Shown here piece by piece: positions 48,346 through 59,013 of a stretch of DNA of 64,000 nt (position 1 is its first letter; each line of letters begins with the position of its first letter). The stretch spans positions 128,962,001 to 129,026,000 of the forward strand of contig CM059432.1 in the NCBI GenBank assembly GCA_030390025.1. Reading direction: 5' to 3'. The position numbers and the translations under genes are program-made. The stretch is from Squalus acanthias (taxonomy: Eukaryota). The notes under the pieces were generated by a model. The model was not told the origin of the DNA and did no database searches. It saw only the letters and a program-made list of their open reading frames with translations.

Positions 48346-51300
48346 AGAAATAAGAACAACTAAAGTATTTCTTTTAACAAAGTGTAACAGATACTCAGTG
48401 GGTACATGGAATAATGGGGATAATTTTAACTTCCATTGACTTTAATGGAAAGGAAATTCGTGCGATGTGAATAACGGGCGGCCAATCAATATCTCTCGAT
48501 TTACGCCATCACTGAAAGGTTAAATTACTCCCAAAAAGAGAGGAAATGTGTTTATTCACAACTGCCAAAGTTACAAGTGTTTTCTTAAAATGTCATCTCA
48601 GCTATCACTCTTGGCTCTGAAATAGAAAATTGAGGCTTTAAGCCTCCGGCTGAGAGTTGAACACAAATTCTAGTGCTGCACAGTTGGAGGTGCCACCCTT
48701 CATTTGAGACATTAAACTACCTGCCAGTTCAGGTAAATGTTAAATCCCCATGTTGCTATTTGAAAAAGAGCAGCGTCCTGATCAATATATTTCCCTCAAT
48801 TAATAGCACGTCGGTGGGTAGTGTCGTGTTCGCAGAGGGCGGGCGTTCCTGGGCGGCGATGGCCCAGATTATTTTTGTGGGCATTGGAGGAGCAGTCTTG
48901 GTCCTGGTGAGCTTGAGCCTCAAAAATAATTCGACACCTTTAGTGGGCATGTTTGGTTCTATCACCCGTGGAACTGGTCGGAGTGTACGCTGCACAGGCG
49001 CTGACTCCAGTTCCAACCTAATATGGCAATCAGGGTCCTATTTACATCATAGGACCCCGATTTCCATTTTAAAAGGAGCCTATTGCCTGAAACAGGCGGG
49101 CGTGTTGGACACCCGGTGGTAGGCCCCTTTCAAAATGGAGCCGGTTGCATCGCGTGTGTTAACGGGGCGGTGAGGGTATGACTCCATTTTGAGGCCATAA
49201 CCGCTCCGTTACCGCCAGGTGAGGCCAGTCAGAATCGACCCCAATGACTTAAATCTTTGCAAAAATTACAAACATGGGGGTAATATAGTCTGGTAAAGCA
49301 GCCAAGGAATTACAGAAGAACATGACCAATATTTACAAGTGGGCAGGGCTATGGCCAGTGAAGTTCAAGACAGGTAACTGCCAGTTCTTACACACTGGAA
49401 GAAAATATCAGAAACAAACTTAAAGAATGGTATTGATCTTGTTAGGGGACAGACTGCAAGAAATCTTGGTCATCTACACTGAACGGGGGTAATTTTGACT
49501 TTGGGCAATAGTGTAATCGGTCAGCTGCCTGTTATACATCTCTCCCGATTGTCCTGTTGTCCCCAAGCATCCATCTGTCCAATCTTCAGATGGCCACAAA
49601 ATGAAGAAGTCACGACTGCTATGATCAAAGACCAGCTTGCACTTTAACGTACAAGAACCCCTTTCTGTTTGTGAAGCCTGCGGAGTTGCGACGCATATGT
49701 GTATGTCATCAATAATGCCCTGCAATTTGGGGACACCTGCGATAATTGTCCTCTACATTTGTGCACTGCAGGTTGTTAAATCTGGCAGGTATCCCTTGCG
49801 GTTGCTTGAAAGGATCCAGTAACACAGAGATTCAAGGTGGTGGGCACCTTGGTAGCTAATGGCAAGGCTTTGCCTATTCTGGAGCTCAAGAACACAGCAT
49901 ATTCCTAGTAAAATGTAAGTGGCCAAGGCTGACCCACCCTCAGAAATGTCTAAGTGGATGTGCCTTGGTTAAGGTGGGTGCAGCAAAGCTACCTCAGGTG
50001 CTGCAACTCCCTGTCACGCCTCTCAGATCCCCCGGCCTCCCTCCTCTAAAACAAGCAAATCATAGTGGGAGGCCCATCTTGAGATTGTGACTATGGCAAA
50101 TTAAATTGTAGCTTTCAACAAGCCACAGATGGAAAATGGGAAGCGGCTGAAAATTCCCCCCCAAAATATAGGTTGTAATCCAAACTGGAACAATGCAACA
50201 GAAACAATGCCAAAAAGCTACATGAACAATGAGGACTGCAGCAACACAAGGTTCTATAGCTAATAATGGCAATCCCCTTTAAGAGTGCGATGTCCAAAAT
50301 ATCCTTAAAGCTATGTCCATTTTATATGGGCACTGAATGACTTCATCGCATTCCCAGCACTGAATATGAAAAATGCTGCCAACAGGTAATTTAAGTTCAT
50401 CAACGAATTTCAATGGCTAAATGAGGGAATCGTACGAAAGGTGCAATTGCCCACAGGTCTTAAATCACTGCCTGTGCCACAGAATGGTGCTCAGCATGAT
50501 TTGAGAGAGAAACAGGCCTAGCCCTCTCACTCAATTATAGTCCCCAGCTTCTTTGATCAGCACCAGTCCTAACAGAGCACTCAGTCGCATAATTGGCCTC
50601 ATAGAATCACCGCTCCGATTCACTGCTGTGAGAACTAAATCAGCAGAGGGTGGAGAAGGAAAAAATCCCTAAATAAATAGTTTAGTCAGAGTTGTGTTGA
50701 AGCGCAGAGATTTTCGAAACCCTGAATGATGGTAATGTTCACTGTCTCTATGTAGTCTAAATTCTCTCTATAGTCTTGATAAAGTGGGCATTTGTGGCTG
50801 GTGGTCTGCTGTTCTTTTTAAACTACAAAATATATTAGGCTTCTCAGCTGAAAATACACAGCGAGCCAGATTTGCCCAGTGAATATTTTCTGCTCAATGT
50901 GTTTGAAATGGTGCCTTTCTACCACCCTGTCCGTTAGGGAAAAACAGCTGTTGTGCAAATTCAACCAGCCAGGATAACTTGAGGAAAGAGTCATGTGGAG
51001 GAAACTGTGTCCTCGCAGAAGTTGGAAAAAGGCCAGCAATGTTTTACTAGGTGTAGGATGGTTCTGTTTTTTTAAAACTATGCCACAGAAAACAGGAGAA
51101 TGAAGTTCTTGGGCCCGTTGCCAACTTACTGATCAGCTATTTCCAGCTCCTCCAAGTGCCAATCACCAGCCACTTCACCAGGAATGTGGGAAAAAATAAT
51201 TGTCGCCTGTGAAACTAAAAGTAGAGGGAAATGAGCCTATTCAAAAAAATTCAACCCCTAGCTCAATATTAATCGGGGCATAGGCCCACATTAATGAAGT

Positions 51301-51485
51301 GGTAATGGCTGCTCTCTCAGTATCTCAATATGCAACTGCAATGTGTGATGTGACGTGATACTGAGTTAATATAGACCAGGATGGTATGATGTTTGATACC
51401 CGGCCTGTATTGAGTCAGCTGCTGTCAGCTTCCCTAATGAGAAGTCGCACAACACCAGGTTATAGTCCAACAGATTTATTTAATT

Positions 51486-51524
51486 TTACAAGCTTTCGGA
51501 ACAGTTCGCTCCTTCGTCAGGTAA
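51486..51524 (-). ncRNA. Minimal hammerhead motif (inverted-repeat copy)
   Basis: Reverse complement of 53371-53409. Confidence 0.72.
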
Positions 51525-51871
51525 GTTAGCAGTGAGAGAATCTCCCAGAATTCACAATTTAAACACAGACAAAATATATTCAAATCTTTCCTACATCAAA
51601 GAGCACAGCCAAGACAATGAGATGTGTCCCAGGGGGTCCAACGTGTCAAACCACCTGCTGGCTGCATATCCTGTCAATCTGTGTAGGTTCTTGTGTTAGT
51701 CTTTTTAAAAAAAAAACACCTGGGAAGACCGGCCATGATGTCAAGTCACGTTCTGTATCGTGACATGAACCCGATATCGCGATTGAGGCCATCCTCATGA
51801 GTGCGGAACTTGGCTATCAGTTTCTGCTCTATGATTTTGCGCTGTCGTGTATCTCGAAGGCCGCCTTGGAG

Positions 51872-53149
51872 GACGCCATCCTACAACTCATCCGCTTCAT
51901 CCTTGACCACAATGTCTTCACCTTCGACAACCATTTTTTTACCCAAACACACGGAACAGCCATGGGGACCAAATTCGCACCCCAATATGCCAACATCTTC
52001 ATGCACAAGTTCGAGCAAGACTTCTTCGCTGCACAGGACCTCCAACCAACGCTGTACACCAGATACATCGACGACATCTTCTTCCTTTGGACCCACGGCG
52101 AAGGATCACTGAAAGGACTACACGATAGCATCAACAGGTTCCATCCCACCATCAAACTCACCATGGACTACTCCTCAGAATCGGTTTCATTCTTGGACAC
52201 ACGAATCTCCATCAAAGACGGACACCTCAGCACTTCACTCTACCGCAAGCCCACGGACAACCTCACGATGCTCCACTTCTCCAGCTTCCACCCTAACCAC
52301 GTTAAAGAAGCCATCCCCTATGGACAAGCCCTGCGAATACACAGGATCTGCTCAGACGAGGAGGAACGCGATGGACACCTACAGACACTGAAAGACGCCC
52401 TCGTAAGAACGGGATATGACGCTCGACTCGTCGATCGAGAGTTCCGACGGGCCACAGCGAAAAACCGCATAGACCTCCTCAGAAGACGAACACGGGACAC
52501 AACCAACAGAGTACCCTACGTCGTCCAGTACTTCCCCGGAGCGGAAAAACTACGCCATGTTCTTCGCAGCCTTCAACATGTCATCGATGACGACGAACAC
52601 CTTGCTAAGGCCATCCCCACGCCTCCACTACTCGCCTTCAAGCAGCCGCCTAACCTCAAAAGTACCATCGTTCGCAGCAGATTACCCATCTTTCAGGAGA
52701 ACAGCAACCAAGACACCACACAACCCTGCCACGGCAACCTCTGCAAGACATGCCAAATCATGGACACAGATACCATCATCACACGTGAGGACACTACCCA
52801 CCAGGTACACGGTACATACTCATGTGACTCGGCCAACGTTGTCTACCTGATACGTTGCAGTAAAGGATGCTCCAGAGCATGGTACATCGGCGAGACCATG
52901 CAGACACTGAGACAACGTATGAACGGACACCGCGCAACAATCGCCAGGCAGGAGGGTTGGCTCCCAGTCGGGGAACACTTCAGCAGCCAGGGGCATTCAG
53001 CCTCGGATATGCGGGTAAGCGTTCTCCAAGGTGGCCTTCGAGATACACGACAGCGCAAAATCATAGAGCAGAAACTGATAGCCAAGTTCCGCACTCATGA
53101 GGATGGCCTCAATCGCGATATCGGGTTCATGTCACGATACAGAACGTGA
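51872..53149 (+). CDS. PLE RT (partial) + GIY-YIG endonuclease
   Basis: GTAMG, RYIDD, VVYLIRC...WYIGET; highly similar to 37516-39090. Confidence 0.88.
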   Translation, partial: DAILQLIRFILDHNVFTFDNHFFTQTHGTAMGTKFAPQYANIFMHKFEQDFFAAQDLQPTLYTRYIDDIFFLWTHGEGSLKGLHDSINRFHPTIKLTMDYSSESVSFLDTRISIKDGHLSTSLYRKPTDNLTMLHFSSFHPNHVKEAIPYGQALRIHRICSDEEERDGHLQTLKDALVRTGYDARLVDREFRRATAKNRIDLLRRRTRDTTNRVPYVVQYFPGAEKLRHVLRSLQHVIDDDEHLAKAIPTPPLLAFKQPPNLKSTIVRSRLPIFQENSNQDTTQPCHGNLCKTCQIMDTDTIITREDTTHQVHGTYSCDSANVVYLIRCSKGCSRAWYIGETMQTLRQRMNGHRATIARQEGWLPVGEHFSSQGHSASDMRVSVLQGGLRDTRQRKIIEQKLIAKFRTHEDGLNRDIGFMSRYRT

Positions 53150-53370
53150 CTTGACATCATGGCCGGTCTTCCCAGGTGTTTTTTTTTAAAAAAGACTAAC
53201 ACAAGAACCTACACAGATTGACAGGATATGCAGCCAGCAGGTGATTTGACACGTTGGACCCCCTGGGACACATCTCATTGTCTTGGCTGTGCTCTTTGAT
53301 GTAGGAAAGATTTGAATATATTTTGTCTGTGTTTAAATTGTGAATTCTGGGAGATTCTCTCACTGCTAAC

Positions 53371-53409
53371 TTACCTGACGAAGGAGCGAACTGTTCCGAA
53401 AGCTTGTAA
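53371..53409 (+). ncRNA. Minimal type I hammerhead ribozyme motif
   Basis: TTAC-CTGACGA-A-GGAGC-GAACT-GTTCC-GAAA-GC-T-T-GTAA. Confidence 0.75.
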
Positions 53410-53682
53410 AATTAAATAAATCTGTTGGACTATAACCTGGTGTTGTGCGACTTCTCATTTTTGTCCACCCCAGTCCAACGCCGGCATCTCCACATCACAG
53501 CTTCCCTAATATAAGAGGGGATGGGGGGTGGGGTGCAGAATCAACCAGCTCTTAATGACTTTTTGGAGATCTCTGCTCAAATGTATATATGTGGACGTCC
53601 GGTGAAGACAGCGTAGTTTGACTGAGATGCTCCTCACTGTCAAATAGCCAGCATATAGCCATTGTCCAGCCTCAGACACAAA

Positions 53683-54408
53683 GGCCCCAATATTTACAGG
53701 GAGGCGGATAGGGAGCGAGGGCGCGTGTCTGCAGCCGGGAAACCTGGAAATGCCGGGAACGCAGAGGCCTGCCCAGTTTAACGGTAAGACCTCTTAGCAT
53801 TCTTTTTGCTCCGTTTCCCACCTGGCAGCCGGCCAGATTGAAATGCTGGCCGGCTGCTGGGCAGGAAAGCCAGCGGTATAACCGTAACCGGGGACCGCTG
53901 GGTTCAATCCCCAGCAATCGGTGAAGATCAGGGCATGGGTGGGAGTGGGTGGGGGCTCACAATGCAGCAGCGAGGAGGGAGGGAGAGGTTGCGGGGTGGG
54001 TTTGAAGATCACGAGGAGGGTGGCTGCTCGCAGGGGGTCCTGAAGATTGCGGGGAGGGAGGGATCGCGGGGTGGCCTGAAGATTACCTGCTGGATCTGGC
54101 AGCCCCCGTCTCCCTTTAGCTGCCGGGTTTCCCATGCCCTGGAAAACCCGGCCCGCTGCCGTTAAATTCAAATGGCTGCCAAAACCTGAGGAGCGCAGCC
54201 TCATTTAAATATTATAATGACGTCCCGCCTCTCCAGAGCAGGTTACTCAGATGCCCCCAAGCCCGCCGCAGTTAAACCACAAGTAGACACGTTCGCAGCG
54301 GGTTAGGGTTGGGTTTCACATATTTACCGATTTAACCCTCCAGTATCTCAATAAAGTGTGGTGGAATTTTAACCCCCCACCTCCCCCCAACCCCCCAAAA
54401 TTCCGCCC
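53683..54408. mobile_element. GC-rich Harbinger-type MITE
   Basis: Ends GGCCCCAATATTT / AAAATTCCGCCC; TSD AAA; imperfect TIRs. Confidence 0.65.
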
Positions 54409-55004
54409 AAAGAGTGGCCTGTACTGAGGTACTGCAGGGCTGCCAACACTCATGGAACCAGTATTAGTCAGCAGCTTCAGGGGAAGTGAATAGGAATGAG
54501 GATGAAAATTGCGGGGACAACAATGGGGCAGTGCTGACTCAACCGTTGACGGAAATGTTCCCACAGAAAACAATTTCCCATATTTGGGGATAAGTTTAAC
54601 CTCAGGTAAAGGAAACATCCTCCTGCCAGGTACGGCTCCTTACTCCAGTGGGAAATAATCATGTGTGCAAACACCGTGTAATAGGGATCAATTCTATTTC
54701 AGATAGTGACAAGTGCTGCACCTCAGACCCAAACTCACCAACAGGAAGTATTTTAACTGTTTCATTGCCCTCTATTCCTTACGCCTCTCTTGGACTGAAT
54801 TATTCTCCAGCAGTAGGATGATTCTGATTTTGTGGTGGACAGTTGAGCATTACTGCTCTATTTGGTACCTCAGGGCCAATAGCAGTGTTCAATTTTCAGG
54901 GCAAGAGTAGGATGGACCTTTTGTGACCTAACTGATCTCAACCACTACAAGATGGCAGTCTGAAAAAATAATGTAAGCCTAAAAATTACAGTTGGTGATA
55001 TCAG

Positions 55005-56975
55005 CAACAACAACTTGTATTTATAAAGTGCCTTTAACGTAGTAAAACGTCCCAAGGCGCTGCACAGGAGTATTTTAAGACAAAAAATTTGACACCGAGC
55101 CGCATAAGGATAAATTAGGTCAGGTGACCAAAAGCTTGGTCAAAGAGGTAGGTTTTAAGGAGTGTCTTAAAGGAAGAAAGAGAGGTAGCAAGGCAGAGAG
55201 GTTTAGGCTGCACAGTGTTCAGCGCCATTCACAACTCCACAGATAATGAAGCAGTCCATGCCCGCATGCAACAAGACCTGGACGACGTTCAGGCTTGGGC
55301 TGATAAGTGGCAGGTAACATTCGCACTACAGAAGTGCCAGGCAATGACTATCTCCAACAAGCGAGAGTCTAACCACCGCCCCTTGACATTCAATGCCATT
55401 ACCATCACCGAATCCCCCACTATCAACATCCTGGGGGTCACCATTAACCAGAAACTTAACTGGACTAGCCACATAAATACACTGGCAACAAGAGCAGGTC
55501 AGAGGCTAGGTATTCTGCGGTGAGTGTCTCACCTCCTGACTCCCCAAAGCCTTTCCACCATCTACAAGGCACAAGTAAGGAATGTGATGGAATACTCTCC
55601 ACTTGCCTGGATGAGTGAAGCTCCAACAACACTCAAGAAGCTCGACACCATCCAGGACAAAGCAGCCCGCTTGATTGACACCCCATCCATCACATTAAAC
55701 ATTCACTCCCTCCACCACCGGCGTACCGTGGCTGCAATGTGTACCATCTACATGAAGCACTGCAGCAACTCGCCAAGGCTTCTTCGGCAGCACCTCTCAA
55801 ACCCATGACCTCTTCCACCTAGAAGGACAAGGGCAGCAGGCACATGGGAAGACAACCACCTCCAAGTTTCCCTCCAAGTCACACACCATCCTGACTTAGA
55901 AGTATATCGCCGATCCTTCATCGTCGCTGGGTCAAACTCCTGGAACTCCCTACCTAACAGCACTGTGGGAGTACCATCACCACACGGACTGCAGTGGTTC
56001 AAGAAGGCGGCTCACCACCACCTTCTCAAGGGCAACTAGGGATGGGCAATAAATACTGGCATTGCCAGCGACGCCCTGATCCCATAAACGAATAAAAAAA
56101 AGGCATGGAATTTCAGAGCTTATGGCCTAGGCAACAGAAGGCACAGCCACCAATGGTTGAGCGATTATAATCAGGGATGCTCAAGAGGGCAGAATTAAAG
56201 GAGCGCAGATATCTCGGAGGGTTGTGGGGCTGAAGGAGATTACAGAGATAGGGAGGGGCGAGGCCATGGAGGGATTTGAAAACAAGGATCAGAATTTTGA
56301 AATTGAGACGCTGCTTAACCGGAAGCCAATGTAGGTCAGCGAGCACAGGGGAGATGGGTGAACGGGACTTGATGCGAGTTAGGACACGGGCAGCCGAGTT
56401 TTGGATCACCTCAGGTTTACGTAGGGTAGAATGTGGGAGGCCAGCCAGGAGTGCATTGGAATAGTCAAGTCTAGAGGTAACAAAGGCATGGATGAGGGTT
56501 TCAGCAGCGGATGAGCTGAGGCAAGGGCGGAGACGGGTGATGTTATGGAGGTGGAAATCGGCGGTCTTAGTTATGCTGCGGATATGTGGTCGGAAGCTCA
56601 AATCAGGGTCAAATATGACACCAAGGTTGTGAACAGTCTGGTTCAGCCTCAGACAGATGTTAAGGAGAGGGATGGAGTCAGTAGCTAGGGAACGGAATTT
56701 GTGGCGGGGACCAAAAAAAATTGCTTCAGTCTTCCCAATATTTAATTGGAGAAAATATTTGCTCATCCAGAACTGTATGTCGGACAAGCAGTCTGACAAT
56801 TTAGAGACCGTGGAGGGGTCAAGAGATGAGGTGGTGAGGTAGAGCTGGGTGTCATCAGCGTACATGTGGAAACTGACGCTGTGTTTTCGGATGATGTCGC
56901 CAAGGGGCAACATGTAGATGAGAAACAGGAGGGGACCAAGGATAGATCCTTGGGGGACACCAGAGGTAACGATAA
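55005..56975 (-). mobile_element. L2 LINE 3' portion (RT) split by another LINE
   Basis: SGVPQGSILGPLLF, YADDTQLY, HAFVTSRLDY, LHWLPV; L2 tail CGCCTTGGGACGTTTTACTACG...(GTT)n at 55005-55060. Confidence 0.92.
55206..56100 (+). mobile_element. CR1/L2-group LINE 3' fragment (second family) nested in L2
   Basis: MQQDLDDVQAWADKWQVTF, TPQSLSTIYKAQVRNVMEY; A-tail. Confidence 0.9.
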
Positions 56976-57821
56976 CAGCAGAGAAACACTTAACACTTAG
57001 TATGATATTCCTTGGCCAATGTTTTAGCGGAGGCATTGACTTTTAAAATAAATGACCTGCGCTAAAATAGTCAGGTGGAGAATGTTCTATGAATCCATTC
57101 ACAGCAATTTCTGGCCTCCAGTTTTGACTTTGTGAAAATAATTTCAAACACAGCCTATTTTATCTTTAACAAGAATCTTTATATTAAAATTCTGACAGCA
57201 ATTTGTCTTTCCCATTATGACCCACAACCACAGATCCCGAAAGGCCAGTAAACATGACAAGATGTAATTTCCCTGCACCATCATTGTTTTAAATGGTGGA
57301 ACCCAGTTAGCAATGCTAGAATAGTTTAGCTGCAGATCTCATTTACCAGATACTTTATATATCGTCTTTTTAACCCTTTTGGGCGCTTTAATCTATCAAA
57401 CCGGGCTTTTGTTTTAATTAATCTGATTTCCTACTTATTATTCATCCTTTCCTGCTGGGCTATAGTTCCACAGAGGCCAAACAGTCCTTCTCAGAGAAAT
57501 CGGAATGATTCTTTTTCTTTAATGGTTGAGAAGCATTCGAAGCACAGTAAATACTGAAATTCTACCACAGACAAAGATCTAGGACACCACAGAATTAGAC
57601 CTGATTTATAAGATTGGTTATAAGAGAAGGGAAGTGAAGGGGAGTTAAGTTTCATGTGGTGCTTGAAAAGTTTTCCTGAAGGTATTAGGGACATACAAAG
57701 CATAAAAAGACGCAACACCATGGAGCCTGCTGCTGTTGTCCACTACTATCACTAACCTAAGTGTACTTAGAACTGGCAATGGAAGTAGGAATGGAGCTGA
57801 CTTCTATTTTGCAGTTCTTGT

Positions 57822-58245
57822 CATAGGAACATAGGAACGGGATAGGCCATTCAGCCTCCGCGAGCCTGTTTCACCATTCAATTAGATCGTGGCTGCTCTG
57901 TACCTCAACTCTGCCTTCACCTGCCTTTGCTCCATACCCTTTGATACCCTAACCTAACAAAAATCTATCGATCTCAGTCTTGAAAATTTCAATTGACCCC
58001 CCAGCATCCACAGCCTTTTGGGGGCGAGAGTTCCAGATTTCCACGACCCCTTTATGTGAGGAAGTGCTTCCTGGTTTCACTCCTGAATGGCCTAGCCCTA
58101 ATTTTAAGATTATGCCCTCTTGTTCTGGAATCCCCCATCAGAAGAAATAATTGCTTGGCATCTACCCTATCGAATCCCTTTAATCATTGTAAACAACTCG
58201 ATCAGATCACTCCTCAATCTTCTAAACTCCAGGGAATACAATCCT
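57822..58245 (-). mobile_element. CR1 3' fragment
   Basis: Reverse complement of the 13020-13405 type tail. Confidence 0.8.
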
Positions 58246-58318
58246 TGAACTGCCAGAAGCACAAACATAACCAAAGTATAAGTATTGTTATTAGATTAGA
58301 AATAAGAATAGTGACTCT

Positions 58319-58966
58319 GTGGTCATCTCCCTCCAAAACAGGTATGCCGCTTTGGATACTGTTGGGGGAGATGGCCTACCAGGGGAAGGCACCAGCAGCC
58401 AGGTTCATGGCACCATGGCTGGCTCTGCTGCACAGCAGGGCGGGAAAAAGAGTGGTAGGGCTATAGTGATAGGGGACTCAATTGTAAGGGGAATAGACGG
58501 GAGTTTCTGTGGCCGCAACCGAGATTCCAGGATGGTATGTTGCCTCCCTGGTGCAAGGGTCAAGGATGTCTCGGAGCGGCTGCAGAACATTCTGAAGAGG
58601 GAGGGTGAACAGCCAGCTGTCGTGGTGCATGTAGGTACCAACGATATAGGTAAAAAGCGGGAAGAGGTCCTACAAGCAGAATTTAGGGAGCTAGGAGCTA
58701 AATTAAAAAGTAGGACCTCTAAGGTAGTAATCTCTGGATTGCTACCAGGGCCACGTGCTAATCAGAATAGAGAGAACAGGATAGTGAGATTGAATACGTG
58801 GCTTGAGCAGTGGTGCAGGAGGGAGGGATTCAAATTCCTGAGGCATTGGAACCAGTGCTGGGGGAAGTGGGACCTGTACAAAAGGGACGGTCTGCACTTG
58901 GGCAGGACTGGAACCGATGTCCTCGGGGTAATATTTGCTAAAGCAGTTCGGGAGGATTTAAACTAA
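58319..58966 (+). CDS. CR1 ORF1, SGNH esterase domain (partial)
   Basis: VIGDSIVR, LPGA, HVGTND and DGLHL blocks. Confidence 0.9.
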   Translation: MVISLQNRYAALDTVGGDGLPGEGTSSQVHGTMAGSAAQQGGKKSGRAIVIGDSIVRGIDGSFCGRNRDSRMVCCLPGARVKDVSERLQNILKREGEQPAVVVHVGTNDIGKKREEVLQAEFRELGAKLKSRTSKVVISGLLPGPRANQNRENRIVRLNTWLEQWCRREGFKFLRHWNQCWGKWDLYKRDGLHLGRTGTDVLGVIFAKAVREDLN

Positions 58967-59013
58967 TATGGCAGGGGAAGGGGAACCTATGTAGCGAAAC
59001 AGGGGGAAGTAAT

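Larger units (their letters stand above)
51439..53497 (+). mobile_element. Penelope-like element with inverted 3' repeat
   Basis: 13-bp TSD CAGCTTCCCTAAT. 51439-51871 is a near-perfect reverse complement of about 53024-53456. The sense RT/GIY-YIG part runs 51872-53149. Confidence 0.93.

Noticed and set aside
50818..51039. C-type lectin-like start (YPGWLNLHNSCF)
   Set aside because: Lacks the first Cys and clear splice sites; the resemblance could be chance.
51439..53497. DNA transposon with long TIRs, or an LTR element
   Set aside because: The inverted arm is a copy of the PLE ORF end and 3' UTR; the encoded protein is RT + GIY-YIG.
57670..57721. Signal-peptide first exon (MVLRLFMLCMSLIPSG) on the minus strand
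   Set aside because: No GT donor at the expected position (TCAG|GAAA); too short to support.
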